A stretch of DNA of 64,000 bases, taken from contig JAURNY010000018.1 of assembly GCA_030829955.1 (NCBI GenBank), forward strand, positions 94,377 through 158,376, in the 5' to 3' direction. Numbering within the stretch: the first letter of the stretch is position 1; each line of letters begins with the position of its first letter. Of this stretch, positions 22,004 to 32,460 are shown one piece after another. The notes under the pieces were generated by a model that saw only the letters and a program-made list of their open reading frames with translations, searched no databases and had not been told where the DNA came from. The translations under genes and the position numbers were made by a program. Source of the DNA: Gammaproteobacteria bacterium. GTDB lineage: Bacteria > Pseudomonadota > Gammaproteobacteria > Eutrophobiales > Eutrophobiaceae.

Positions 22004-22813
22004 TTAAATATCCTGTCTCTCAAAACACCAACAGGTCAAGGCAGCATAAAATAGACTGTATGCACAGGATAAGCCGATGGTAATAAAAAAATTGCTTATC
22101 GTTAAATCAAAAATAAAAGGACGAGTACCACTAGGTAATATATAGACAATAAAATTATAATCTTTATAAAAGCCCAAGATAAAAAAAACCAGAATGGTAT
22201 AGATTGTCATTGATAAAAACAGGTTTCCTATTGCAGAGCGAGTGATAATGGATATTAAGCCGACATAGGTAATGAAAGGCAATGAATATATCGTCAATAT
22301 AATACTTATCTGCAAGGCATAACTCATGATGATATCAATATCATTGTCATCATTTATCATCGCAACGATAGCTGCACAAAATGTCGTTAATATTAAACAG
22401 AGACTAACCACTATAAATGCGGATAGTATTCTTGATAGATAAATTTCCTTACGTGTAGAACGCATTGATAAAAATCGAAATGTGCCAGTTGCAAAATTCG
22501 ATGAAAAAGGATTATTAGCAACAAACATGACAAACATCGGCATAATGACAACTGAGACGATTAAATAAAATGATAATACTGCGGATCGTTCAGCGATTAA
22601 TGAAATCGCCAGTTCCTGATTACCGAGTAGCCAACTTGTTGCCGCTAAACCGCCAACACCTTTTATCCAATTCACTGATTCCTCGCTAATATTATAAAAG
22701 ATAAGAAACCAGAAAAGAAAATAGGGGATAATAAATATTGCACTGCGCATACTACTCAGAGAGTGATAAAGATCAAAAAAGACCAGTTCTTTTAAACGGT
22801 AAATATTTAACAC
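22004..22813 (-). CDS. ABC-2-type transporter permease
   Basis: 269 aa with 6 predicted TM helices. 8 nt downstream of the ATPase gene. Confidence 0.7.
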   Translation of the reverse strand: MLNIYRLKELVFFDLYHSLSSMRSAIFIIPYFLFWFLIFYNISEESVNWIKGVGGLAATSWLLGNQELAISLIAERSAVLSFYLIVSVVIMPMFVMFVANNPFSSNFATGTFRFLSMRSTRKEIYLSRILSAFIVVSLCLILTTFCAAIVAMINDDNDIDIIMSYALQISIILTIYSLPFITYVGLISIITRSAIGNLFLSMTIYTILVFFILGFYKDYNFIVYILPSGTRPFIFDLTISNFFITIGLSCAYSLFYAALTCWCFERQDI

Positions 22814-22821
22814 AAGCTTAT

Positions 22822-25380
22822 TTATTCGGTTTCTTTGGCTAGCGCTTTTAATTCATATAGCAGTTCTAATGCCTGTTTAGGTGTCATATTATCCGGATTG
22901 ATTTGCTTGAGCTTATCCTTAACTTCATCATGTTGAAACAAATCGACTTGTTTCGTATTTTCCTTAACGTCATGGGGCAGGCACTCCATTTCGATTAATC
23001 GTTGTTTGGCTTGTTGTATGACTTTATTTGGTACACCGGCTAACGCTGCAACATGCAAACCATAGCTTTGATTAGCTGGGCCGGGGCTGACACTATGTAA
23101 AAAGACAACCTCTTCACCATGTTGTCGTGCTTCCATATGTACATTGCCAACTTCAACATACTGTTCAGGTAAAGCTGTCATTTCAAAATAATGTGTAGCA
23201 AATAAGCAATAGGCATGAATAGATTCAACTAAATATTGTGCTGTTGCCCATGCCAGAGAAAGTCCATCATAGGTACTGGTGCCACGACCTATCTCATCCA
23301 TTAACACCAAACTATATTCAGTTGCATTGTTGAGAATGGTTGCTGTCTCAGTCATTTCTACCATGAAGGTTGACCGACCACTTGCCAGGTCATCTGCAGC
23401 CCCTATGCGGGTGAATATACGATCAATCACTCCAAGCCTTGCCGAAGTCGCTGGAACATAACAACCAATGTGCGCCATTATTACTATTAATGCAGTTTGT
23501 CGCATGTAGGTTGATTTTCCGCCCATATTCGGACCAGTAATAATGAGCATTTGTTCTTTAGGCGTTAGCAACACATCGTTATGTACAAACGAATTCGTTT
23601 GTATTTGTTCAACGACTGGATGACGACCAGCCTGAATATCAATTATTTTTTCATTGCAGAGGTCAGGTTTATTGTATTGATAGGTTTCTGCAATTTCGGC
23701 GAAGCATAAATAGATATCTAGTTCGGCAAGGGTTTTAGCATTTATTTGTAATTCAGTTAAATAGGTCGCTATATTATTTAATAATTCTGTGTAAAGTGCT
23801 TTTTCTTTCGCGAGAGCTTTTTCGCGCGCACTTAAAACATCATTTTCAAACGCCTTTAACTCAGGAATAATAAACCGCTCAGTTGCTTTCAGAGTTTGAC
23901 GACGCATGTAATCATTCGGTACTTGATTTGAATAAATGCGGCTTATTTCTATGTAATATCCATGAATACGATTGTAGCCAAGTTTTAAGCCGGCGATTCC
24001 TGTTCGTTGCTGTTCACGCGCTTCAAGCTCTTGTAAAAATTGATCAGCATTTTTATCGAGTTTTCTGAGTTTATCCAAATCTTTATCATAGCTATTCGCA
24101 ATCACCCCGCCATCTCTAATGGTCACTGGCGGTTCATCGCATATGGCGCTTTTTAATTGTTGTAGAAGATCGGGCAGTAAATTTAACTGTGAATGTAACT
24201 TCTTTAGTCGGGGACTATCATGTCCAGACAATCTATTTTTTATTGCTGGAAGTTCATCCAGACTATTGCGTAGTTGAATCAGGTCTCTTGGTCTGGCGGA
24301 CCGTAATATCACACGTGTAAGGATTCGATCGATATCACAGATTCGACGCATATCTTCATGAAAATCCCGATGTGAAAAGTTATTTAGTAAATGTGCAACG
24401 GCATCATAACGAAGATTTAACTCTGTATGATTTCTGATGGGTTTTGCGAGCCAGCGTTGTAACAAACGACTGCCCATAACAGTCGATGTATTGTCAATGA
24501 CATTTAATAATGAATGTGAAGCACCTTTCATCAGACATTGTTCGAGTTCCAAATTAAGTCTGGTTGCAGCATCCAGCTTAATATAATCCTTATCATTGAT
24601 AACTAATGGCGTTTGTAAATGAGGCAATATGATTTTTTGAGTTTCATGCAGATAATGTAATAGTCCACCAAATGCATTAATTGCCAGATTAAGTTCCTGA
24701 CAATCAAAACCATCAAGATTATTAACCTTGTATTGTTGTTTAATCATGCGAGCAGCTGATTCAGAACCAAATTGAATATCTGGTCGCTTTGTAATACAAA
24801 AACGCTTTAACTTTTCACGATCTAATTCAGTAGTGTCTGTAATTAGTATTTCAGCCGGTTGTTGCTCAGCAATGATATCGTCGAGTTTACCGGCAGTGTC
24901 GAGTTCCATTAATTCAATTCGACCTGTACTTACTTCTACACTGGCTATACCAACCTGTTGTTCTGATAGATATATTGAAAGCAATACATTACGTTGTTTT
25001 TCTTCTAGCAGAGCATCATCGGTTAATGTTCCTGGAGTCAGGATGCGAACAATTTTTCGTTCTACCGGACCTTTACATAGGGCGGGGTTTCCAATCTGTT
25101 CGCATATAGCGACAGACTCACCTAGTTTAATGAGCCTTGTAAGATAATTTTCTGCCGCATGAAAGGGTACACCGGCCATGGGGATAGCTTCCCCCGCTGA
25201 TTTACCACGTTTGGTCAGAGTAATGTCGAGAAGTCGCGCGGCTTTCTTAGCATCTTCATAGAATAATTCATAGAAATCACCCATGCGAAAAAACAGTAAC
25301 ATATCGGGGTACTCGGCTTTAAAGCCAAGATACTGTTGCATCACAGGTGTATGAGTGGGCTGCTGGGTTGTGGCAGTCAT
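22822..25380 (-). CDS. mutS: DNA mismatch repair protein MutS
   Basis: 852 aa. Mismatch-binding N-terminus (GDFYELF) and Walker [10 protein letters not shown]. Confidence 0.95.
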   Translation of the reverse strand: MTATTQQPTHTPVMQQYLGFKAEYPDMLLFFRMGDFYELFYEDAKKAARLLDITLTKRGKSAGEAIPMAGVPFHAAENYLTRLIKLGESVAICEQIGNPALCKGPVERKIVRILTPGTLTDDALLEEKQRNVLLSIYLSEQQVGIASVEVSTGRIELMELDTAGKLDDIIAEQQPAEILITDTTELDREKLKRFCITKRPDIQFGSESAARMIKQQYKVNNLDGFDCQELNLAINAFGGLLHYLHETQKIILPHLQTPLVINDKDYIKLDAATRLNLELEQCLMKGASHSLLNVIDNTSTVMGSRLLQRWLAKPIRNHTELNLRYDAVAHLLNNFSHRDFHEDMRRICDIDRILTRVILRSARPRDLIQLRNSLDELPAIKNRLSGHDSPRLKKLHSQLNLLPDLLQQLKSAICDEPPVTIRDGGVIANSYDKDLDKLRKLDKNADQFLQELEAREQQRTGIAGLKLGYNRIHGYYIEISRIYSNQVPNDYMRRQTLKATERFIIPELKAFENDVLSAREKALAKEKALYTELLNNIATYLTELQINAKTLAELDIYLCFAEIAETYQYNKPDLCNEKIIDIQAGRHPVVEQIQTNSFVHNDVLLTPKEQMLIITGPNMGGKSTYMRQTALIVIMAHIGCYVPATSARLGVIDRIFTRIGAADDLASGRSTFMVEMTETATILNNATEYSLVLMDEIGRGTSTYDGLSLAWATAQYLVESIHAYCLFATHYFEMTALPEQYVEVGNVHMEARQHGEEVVFLHSVSPGPANQSYGLHVAALAGVPNKVIQQAKQRLIEMECLPHDVKENTKQVDLFQHDEVKDKLKQINPDNMTPKQALELLYELKALAKETE

Positions 25381-25419
25381 GTAGTTATTTTAAAGAAACT
25401 AACCAAACTTGGCTATCTG

Positions 25420-26340
25420 TCATGAGCATGTATCAGTGATTTCACATTGATAAGCAGTTGATTGCATACGCATTATGCTTTGTGAATAAAGCACTATGCT
25501 GAAGCGTCCATTATCTGTAGGATCGGAAATACAGCTTTGGGCGAATGTGCCGGCAGCAGGCGGTCCAAAGAAACCTTCAGGGGTGTTGTCTGTATCCGGC
25601 CAATAATGTCCATAATCAATTTCTGATTGTGGTGCTGAACCCTTGCCATAGCGCTGCCAAGCCCAAATCATACGATTCACAAAAGGAACAATTAACTGAA
25701 AACAATAACCAACATGGACTTTTAACAAATTTGCATCTTGTATGGTCTGTGCACTTGCACCAACCAGATTGGAATCACGGTACATTAAATTATCATTCGG
25801 AATGCCTAATACCGCTCCACGTTCATCATCATCAATCATGACACCATAATCACTGAATGAATCTGCATTGGGATTAACGACAGTGATATTGACATAACCA
25901 TCATCAATTTGCTGCTGCACGATTTGACGGGCACAAAGCACGTCATCAGACTCAAACGTATTGATATTTTTATCGAGTACCCCGCGTGTATTGGTATCAA
26001 CAATTTGTGTCGCACCGACTCGTGCTTGTCTGCCAGCATCTGTATTTAGGAATGTACTGGAGCAGTCTCCTGAATTATCCATATTAAGATAACTACTGGT
26101 ATAAAGTGGTGACATATTACTGGCAAACGCGAGCTGCATATTGGATAAACTGGCATGACTGATGCTACCGGCACGAACAGTTTGGAAGGTTGCATAATTG
26201 AGCGTGACTTTGGCCTGATATATCAGGGCAAACTGTAATATACCCATTACCAGCATGAGCATAACAGGAAACACTATCAGGAACTCCACCATAGCTTGTC
26301 CATGTTGTGAATTTATATAGTGTCTATAGATAATCATCAT
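25420..26340 (-). CDS. TadE/TadF-like pseudopilin (Tad pilus minor component)
   Basis: 306 aa. N-terminal TadE-like segment QHGQAMVEFLIVFPVMLMLVMGILQFAL (G/xxxxEF pseudopilin motif plus a hydrophobic helix). Confidence 0.7.
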   Translation of the reverse strand: MMIIYRHYINSQHGQAMVEFLIVFPVMLMLVMGILQFALIYQAKVTLNYATFQTVRAGSISHASLSNMQLAFASNMSPLYTSSYLNMDNSGDCSSTFLNTDAGRQARVGATQIVDTNTRGVLDKNINTFESDDVLCARQIVQQQIDDGYVNITVVNPNADSFSDYGVMIDDDERGAVLGIPNDNLMYRDSNLVGASAQTIQDANLLKVHVGYCFQLIVPFVNRMIWAWQRYGKGSAPQSEIDYGHYWPDTDNTPEGFFGPPAAGTFAQSCISDPTDNGRFSIVLYSQSIMRMQSTAYQCEITDTCS

Positions 26341-26351
26341 GCTGCAGCTGA

Positions 26352-26825
26352 TTATTTTTCCTGAATAATCTTTTTGATTTCTTCCAGCATATCGTAAGCC
26401 TTACCATATAGAGGATCTTGTTTATCAGCATAGACTAACATTTCACTTAAACTAAATGCTGTTTGTTTTAATTGTACGACACTCAGGTTATACCAGGCTT
26501 TTGAGTGTTTAGGATCACGAATGACCGCTTCTCGATAAAGATTCATGGAGGCATAAGGTCTTTCTGTTCTGACATAGATATTAGCCATACGAAACCAGTA
26601 CTCAGCTTCCTGTGGTAATTCTTTTATCAGAATTTCGTAATATTTCTCACCATTCTGCAGGTCATCATTTTCATATGCCTGATTCGCTTTTCGTTTAATT
26701 TCCTGCAAATCAACTTGTGGCTCTGCCTCTACTTCAGTTTTATTCTGTAATGTATTACATCCACCTAGTAACAAGGCGATAGTTATTAACAGAATAGGTT
26801 TAACAAAGAGCGTTAGATAATTCAT
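26352..26825 (-). CDS. tadD: TPR-repeat lipoprotein, TadD-like
   Basis: 157 aa. Lipoprotein signal (LLLGGC lipobox) and TPR repeats, positioned after tadC. Confidence 0.6.
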   Translation of the reverse strand: MNYLTLFVKPILLITIALLLGGCNTLQNKTEVEAEPQVDLQEIKRKANQAYENDDLQNGEKYYEILIKELPQEAEYWFRMANIYVRTERPYASMNLYREAVIRDPKHSKAWYNLSVVQLKQTAFSLSEMLVYADKQDPLYGKAYDMLEEIKKIIQEK

Positions 26826-27172
26826 ATGTCCTTCCAGATAAGACGTTGTCCAATTTCTAAATTCAAGGTTTGCAATTTATTCGCATTGAGTTCAATTACT
26901 CCCTGTGCTGAATGGCAGATGGAAAAGCAGCATGGTCTTAACGTCTTTACCATTTTTACAATACGACATTCCTTATCCACATAGATTAAATCAATGCTGT
27001 AACGCATACCCAATGTATGCACAGATGAGCATGGCGTAATATATAAAGCTTCATTTGCCTGTAATTTTTTTCTAAGCAATAAACCGCAGAGTCGTTCAAG
27101 AAAGTGCGTTGTTTTTTTTACATCGGGTAAAACACATTGCTCAGGTTCAATCATTAACCTGCCATGCTTCAT
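26822..27172 (-). CDS. DUF192 (COG1430)-like protein
   Basis: 116 aa. Size and pattern consistent with DUF192. Translationally coupled to tadC upstream and tadD downstream (4-nt overlaps). Confidence 0.5.
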   Translation of the reverse strand: MKHGRLMIEPEQCVLPDVKKTTHFLERLCGLLLRKKLQANEALYITPCSSVHTLGMRYSIDLIYVDKECRIVKMVKTLRPCCFSICHSAQGVIELNANKLQTLNLEIGQRLIWKDI

Positions 27173-28050
27173 AACATGCCTTCAGACATGAATTTCATCA
27201 CGATGGGGAATCCTAATACGATAAACGTTACCGGGAAGATAAACATGATCAATGGTCCGACCAGTTTGATCGGTGCTTCCATAGCCAGTTTTTCAGCGCG
27301 TTGAAAACGCTCGTTTCTGCGCTGGTCTGATTGTACACGTAATACAGTTGCCAGTGACGCACCCATCTTTTCAGCCTGAATAATCGAACTCACAAACCCA
27401 GTAATTTCCTGAATATTTAGTCGCTCCGACATACGTCTCAGTGCATCAGCTCTTGAAAGGCCTGCACGTAGATCACGTAATACAATAGAGAACTCATTAC
27501 GTAGTGGTCCAGGAGGTGCTTTTTCCATTGCCTGTCCTAGTGCGCCTTGTAAATTTAAACCTGCTTCTACACACATCGTGATGAAATCCAGATAAACAGG
27601 CAATGTTCGTATTACTGCATTATCTCGTTTTTTTCGTGTGTCATTTAACCAGATGTTAGGAAATAAAAAGCCCAACACAGGCATAATCACAAACCAGACA
27701 GGTTGAAATTTATGCAGCATAATCATCATTAACAATGCGATGATTGGTGCAATGATTGCTGAAATAATTCTTAGCGCGATGAACTGTTCTGCATTTAATA
27801 AGTAACTAACACCAGAGTGGGTGATTTTCTTTTCAGTGCGTTCTAGAATTTCATAAGGAAAAAATACGACAAAGAAATTGGCAATGATTTGAATAAACGG
27901 CCAGATTATTTTTAATTTCCACGATAGAGGATCCATATAAGTACGATCTTCTTTATCGATCATTGAATAAACTGTACCGATTAAATATACGATCAGAAGG
28001 CCAGTTAGAAAATAACTTATGAGAGAGCCGTTGTAATATATAAAATCCAT
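27169..28050 (-). CDS. tadC: Tad pilus inner-membrane platform protein TadC (T2SS F family)
   Basis: 293 aa. T2SSF domain, second of the TadB/TadC pair. Confidence 0.85.
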   Translation of the reverse strand: MDFIYYNGSLISYFLTGLLIVYLIGTVYSMIDKEDRTYMDPLSWKLKIIWPFIQIIANFFVVFFPYEILERTEKKITHSGVSYLLNAEQFIALRIISAIIAPIIALLMMIMLHKFQPVWFVIMPVLGFLFPNIWLNDTRKKRDNAVIRTLPVYLDFITMCVEAGLNLQGALGQAMEKAPPGPLRNEFSIVLRDLRAGLSRADALRRMSERLNIQEITGFVSSIIQAEKMGASLATVLRVQSDQRRNERFQRAEKLAMEAPIKLVGPLIMFIFPVTFIVLGFPIVMKFMSEGML

Positions 28051-28061
28051 TACATTAGTCT

Positions 28062-28943
28062 CTAAACATCAATGCTTGTGATCTTACTAATCATGAAATA
28101 GCCCATAGCTTCCATCACAATAATAATTGTTAATACTACCCAGCCTATTGTCGTCGTCCAGAGTTTACTCATAGCTTCTGGCTCCATGAAATTCAGTAAA
28201 ACGCCAAGCAGTATAGGTAAGCCTGTCATCACAATGCCCTGTAGCTTTCCCTGCGCAGTTAAACTTTCAATCTTGCCTTCCATCATGGCTTTACGGCGAA
28301 GTGTTTCGCCTAGCGTTTCCATGGTTTCAGCAAGATTACCGCCAACTTCGCGGTTGATTAGCAGAGCGGTTACCAACATACCAAAGTCAGCTATTGGAAT
28401 TCGTTCTTCCATCTTCTTTATAGAGACTTCAAACTCCACGCCTAGACGTTGTTCTTTAAGAAACAGTTCAAATTCCTGTGATAGGGGGGCAGGTTGTTCC
28501 TTGACTAAACTTTCCAATGCAATATTCAAACTGGCGCCGGCACGCATCGCACCGGAAATCATTGCCAAACCATCAGGCATTTGTGCTTCGAAACGTTTCA
28601 AACGCTGTTTGCGCATTTGTTTATAAATAGCAGTTGGGAAAAATAAAATGAGTCCAAGCATGGCAACTGTGGCTGCCGTATCGCGCGTAACGACAAAGGT
28701 CAAGACTGGTAAAACAATAATGGCGATGATATTCATAGTAAAGAGCTGATTTGGATCAACTGTCATGAACATATCTGAGGCATTCGCTGTCGCTGTTGAG
28801 GTGAATGTTTGCTTATAATTATCAGCAAACTCCTGTACCTTTTTGCCAAGTGCAAACCAGATGATCGCAACTGCCAAAAACACAGCTGCTAACGATAAAT
28901 AATAAGTAACGTTTGCAGAAAGAGAAAGGAAGAAGTCCATCAT
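28062..28943 (-). CDS. tadB: Tad pilus inner-membrane platform protein TadB (T2SS F family)
   Basis: 293 aa. T2SSF domain, immediately downstream of the ATPase gene. Confidence 0.85.
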   Translation of the reverse strand: MMDFFLSLSANVTYYLSLAAVFLAVAIIWFALGKKVQEFADNYKQTFTSTATANASDMFMTVDPNQLFTMNIIAIIVLPVLTFVVTRDTAATVAMLGLILFFPTAIYKQMRKQRLKRFEAQMPDGLAMISGAMRAGASLNIALESLVKEQPAPLSQEFELFLKEQRLGVEFEVSIKKMEERIPIADFGMLVTALLINREVGGNLAETMETLGETLRRKAMMEGKIESLTAQGKLQGIVMTGLPILLGVLLNFMEPEAMSKLWTTTIGWVVLTIIIVMEAMGYFMISKITSIDV

Positions 28944-28948
28944 AATAA

Positions 28949-30643
28949 TTAAGAGAAGATAGACATATCCACTGGTAAACCTCGTTGACGCATCTCTTCA
29001 TAAAAATGAGGAATTGCACCGGTTGCTTCAAAACGACCCTTTACTTTACCGTTTTCATCAAAGCCTTCCTGTTGATAACGGAAGATATCCTGCATGGAGA
29101 CAATTCCCGATTCTACACCGGTAATTTCGGTAATGTTTATGACGCGTCTAGAACCATCTGAAAAACGGGTTTGTTGGACAACAATATGAATTGCAGAGGC
29201 GACCATTTCACGAATAGCAGAGACAGGTAAATCCATGCCAGACATCATTACCATGACTTCGATACGTGCAATCAAATCACGCGGTGTATTAGCATGCGCA
29301 GTTGTTAATGATCCATCATGACCCGTATTCATCGCCTGTAACATGTCCAGTGTTTCACCACCACGACACTCACCAACTACAATTCGGTCAGGACGCATAC
29401 GTAAACAGTTTTTTACCAAATCACGAATTGGAATAGCACCTTTACCTTCAAGGTTTGGAGGTCGTGATTCAAGACTAACAAGGTGTGGTTGTGCGAGTTT
29501 TAGTTCAGCCGCGTCTTCTACAGTAACGATACGTTCTGATGGAGGAATAAAGTTTGATAACACATTAAGTAATGTTGTTTTACCGCTACCGGTACCACCT
29601 GAAATAATAATATTCATATGGTTATTTACTGCAGTTTCCAGAAACTTAACCATGTTTTGATTTATGGCGCCAAAGTTAACCAGATCCTGTGCGACTAGTT
29701 TTTGCTTAGCAAATTTACGAATAGTTAAACAAGGACCACGTAATGCAAGCGGAGGAATAATAGCATTTACACGCGAACCATCTTTTAAACGCGCATCAAC
29801 CATAGGAGAACTTTCATCAATACGACGGCCTAGTGGTGAGACAATACGTTCTATAGCCGTCATTACCGCATCGTCACTTGAAAAGGTAATTCCTGATAAA
29901 CTTAATTTACCTGACTGTTCGACGTAAATTTCATCAAACTTGTTGACCATGATTTCAGTTACTGACTCATCTGCTAATAACTCTTCTAACGGACCGAGAC
30001 CTACGGCTTCGTTCAATACTTCTGCTGCCAGTTTTACTTTATCAACATCATTAGGCAATTTAGAACCCATCTCTTCGATGATTTCTTTAATCATGCCCTG
30101 GACATGTTTACGTAATTTTTCTTCATCCATGCTACCTATATCAGTGCGACGAAGATCCATCGCGGCTAATAGTTCATCATGTACACGATTACGCCATTTG
30201 AATTTTTCATTATGTTGAAGATTGATTAACGTTTTGCTGACTTCTTCTGATTCATCTAGTGCCTGATGATGTTGAATGCCGATGACCGTACGCATACCAT
30301 CAAATAAACTATCATCTTCTTCATCAATTTCATCCATATCGTTCGTTGCAGAACTCATGCCTGCCTTAATATAATATCCGGCGATAATGATTTCATCAGA
30401 AGATCGAATAGGACCGTGATGGTCGACATCAACACCATTGACCTCAATACGTTTCTGTCCGGTTTTATCTTCAATAAACAAACCTTCTGAAGTTCGATGT
30501 ATCTCTGCATGATGGGGTGCGACTTTCCAACCGCGTAACTGAATAAAGTTATCACGCGCCTTACCGATAGTGCACTCACTTACCGGACAATGAAAATTCT
30601 GTATTCTTTCGCCTTTACTATTATTTACGATGACATCAAACAT
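28949..30643 (-). CDS. tadA: CpaF/TadA secretion ATPase with an N-terminal FHA domain
   Basis: 564 aa. Residues 1 to ~100 show an FHA pattern (TIGKARDNFIQL...HAEIHRTSEGLFIEDK...NGVDV). The remainder is a T2SS-E/CpaF ATPase (Walker A GGTGSGKTT, Asp box, Walker B, His box). Confidence 0.88.
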   Translation of the reverse strand: MFDVIVNNSKGERIQNFHCPVSECTIGKARDNFIQLRGWKVAPHHAEIHRTSEGLFIEDKTGQKRIEVNGVDVDHHGPIRSSDEIIIAGYYIKAGMSSATNDMDEIDEEDDSLFDGMRTVIGIQHHQALDESEEVSKTLINLQHNEKFKWRNRVHDELLAAMDLRRTDIGSMDEEKLRKHVQGMIKEIIEEMGSKLPNDVDKVKLAAEVLNEAVGLGPLEELLADESVTEIMVNKFDEIYVEQSGKLSLSGITFSSDDAVMTAIERIVSPLGRRIDESSPMVDARLKDGSRVNAIIPPLALRGPCLTIRKFAKQKLVAQDLVNFGAINQNMVKFLETAVNNHMNIIISGGTGSGKTTLLNVLSNFIPPSERIVTVEDAAELKLAQPHLVSLESRPPNLEGKGAIPIRDLVKNCLRMRPDRIVVGECRGGETLDMLQAMNTGHDGSLTTAHANTPRDLIARIEVMVMMSGMDLPVSAIREMVASAIHIVVQQTRFSDGSRRVINITEITGVESGIVSMQDIFRYQQEGFDENGKVKGRFEATGAIPHFYEEMRQRGLPVDMSIFS

Positions 30644-30661
30644 AATTAAACCTGAATAAAA

Positions 30662-32161
30662 TTAATAAACGATATCGATATTATCTCTATCAATAGCCTC
30701 TATAGTTGCGCGTATGCCTTCCTCAGCATATTCAACCATGTCACGATTATGTTGAGATTGACCGTCGATAATTTCTGGCGTGACAAAGATAACCAGTTCC
30801 GTTTTATCATTAAGAAATGATTCAGAACGAAATAGGCGACCCAGAATTGGAATATCTTTCAAAAACTTGATGCCATTAATGGTTTCTGAGGCTTGTTGGT
30901 CAATAAGCCCAGACATCACTAGTGTTTCACCTGATTTCAAGATCACATCTGCTTCTGTGCGCCTAGTTAATAAACCGGGGATGTTATTAATCGCAACACT
31001 AAAATCCAGAGAGCTAATTTCGGTGGTGACATTGGCTCTGACATTATTATTACGATCAATTTCTGGCGTTACACTTAACTGAATACCATATTCCTTAAAT
31101 TCAACTGTCGTACCATTAATGGTAGAAATCTCAATTGGAAATTCACCACCAGCTAGAAATGTTGCTTCACCACCGCTACGGGCAGTTAAACGTGGTTCGG
31201 CCAGAATCACTGCATCGCCGGAACTTACCGCAAAATTAATTCGGGAAACAATTTCTGCCGCTATACCAAAGTAACCTAATGGACTACTGGCATTGTCCGC
31301 AGCACTTAAATTACCGGTAAAACTAGGTAAACCATTATCATCAGTAACTGTTGTTCCGCGAAACGTACTATTATTTACAGCATCAAAAGCAAAGGCAGCA
31401 GTAGGGCCAGAAACCGATGTATTCCAGTTAATGCCGAGGCTGTCAGTGAAAGATTTGCTGAATTCAGTAATCTTGGTGTTCATTAACACCATTTTGTTAT
31501 CCGGCATGTTCATATCGAGACTAGCACGTTGAGTTAAATCCATCAGTTCGCTGAATTTAGCCTGAACAGTTTCAATAGCAGTTGCATAACCATTATCAAC
31601 AGTACCACTCAAGACAATATTTTCACCGACAATTCGTACTTCAAGTCCTTCCAGTTCAGATAACAGATCTTCAATTTCGAGTTTTTTTCTAACCAAATCA
31701 TTAACAGCAAAATTAATATTATTAAGAATCTCCGGATAAGCTTCTATCAGCATCGCAATTTGAGCTTCATTGCCATAACCAACCTGTCCATTAAGGATAA
31801 TACGCTCACCAACAATATCTACATGTAAACCTGGTATATGAGCCAGAAGTTTCTCAATTTCATTTTTTCGTTGATTAATATTGTTTGAAGTATTTGCTAC
31901 ATGCACCATGTAATCTTTTTCAGTGCCATTACTAAACCAGACATGAACATTGGTAGAGCCCTCTTCTTCGGCAATTAGGATTAACTGACCGCTATTTAGT
32001 AGAGAATTACTTAACACCGAGGGACTGCCGACTGCAATACGTTCAATATTGCCAAGCTTTAATATTTTGATCTCACCAATATACATATCAAAGCGTTCAG
32101 CAGCATTTACCATTGCTGTGAGCATAAGCATGCTTAGGATTAATATTATTTTTTTCATCAT
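30662..32161 (-). CDS. rcpA: Tad secretin RcpA/CpaC
   Basis: 499 aa. Signal peptide, two N-terminal secretin-N/BON-like repeats and a C-terminal secretin domain (GIKFLKDIPILGRLF). Confidence 0.88.
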   Translation of the reverse strand: MMKKIILILSMLMLTAMVNAAERFDMYIGEIKILKLGNIERIAVGSPSVLSNSLLNSGQLILIAEEEGSTNVHVWFSNGTEKDYMVHVANTSNNINQRKNEIEKLLAHIPGLHVDIVGERIILNGQVGYGNEAQIAMLIEAYPEILNNINFAVNDLVRKKLEIEDLLSELEGLEVRIVGENIVLSGTVDNGYATAIETVQAKFSELMDLTQRASLDMNMPDNKMVLMNTKITEFSKSFTDSLGINWNTSVSGPTAAFAFDAVNNSTFRGTTVTDDNGLPSFTGNLSAADNASSPLGYFGIAAEIVSRINFAVSSGDAVILAEPRLTARSGGEATFLAGGEFPIEISTINGTTVEFKEYGIQLSVTPEIDRNNNVRANVTTEISSLDFSVAINNIPGLLTRRTEADVILKSGETLVMSGLIDQQASETINGIKFLKDIPILGRLFRSESFLNDKTELVIFVTPEIIDGQSQHNRDMVEYAEEGIRATIEAIDRDNIDIVY

Positions 32162-32205
32162 ATCTCTCTTCCTAACTCCTTATTCTTTACGCTTCATGAC
32201 TCAAT

Positions 32206-32460
32206 TTATTTAGTACGTTTCGGAAACACAGTAATCTGTTTTGCAACACCATTTTCTGATTGTCCACCAACAATCATTTTTATAGGTTTCCCCTGCAAAG
32301 CAAAATTATCTATATAATTTATTTCTTGAGTTGTATGTTTATTGAATTCAACTATCGGACTATCTTTCGACGTTGTTACAATCTCATTAAATTCCGAATC
32401 ATTCGCTTGCAATGAGCTGAATAAAAATAAACAAGCTGTGCCAGCGAACACTTTAAGCAT
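32206..32460 (-). CDS. small secreted protein paralogous to the C-terminal module of the upstream CpaB-like protein
   Basis: 84 aa with a signal peptide. Its C-terminus KMIVGGQSENGVAKQITVFPKRTK parallels the C-terminus of the 704-aa protein (ELIIGGSSEDGVAKSQKVALPVETK), with visible DNA-level similarity. Start abuts the upstream stop. Confidence 0.55.
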   Translation of the reverse strand: MLKVFAGTACLFLFSSLQANDSEFNEIVTTSKDSPIVEFNKHTTQEINYIDNFALQGKPIKMIVGGQSENGVAKQITVFPKRTK

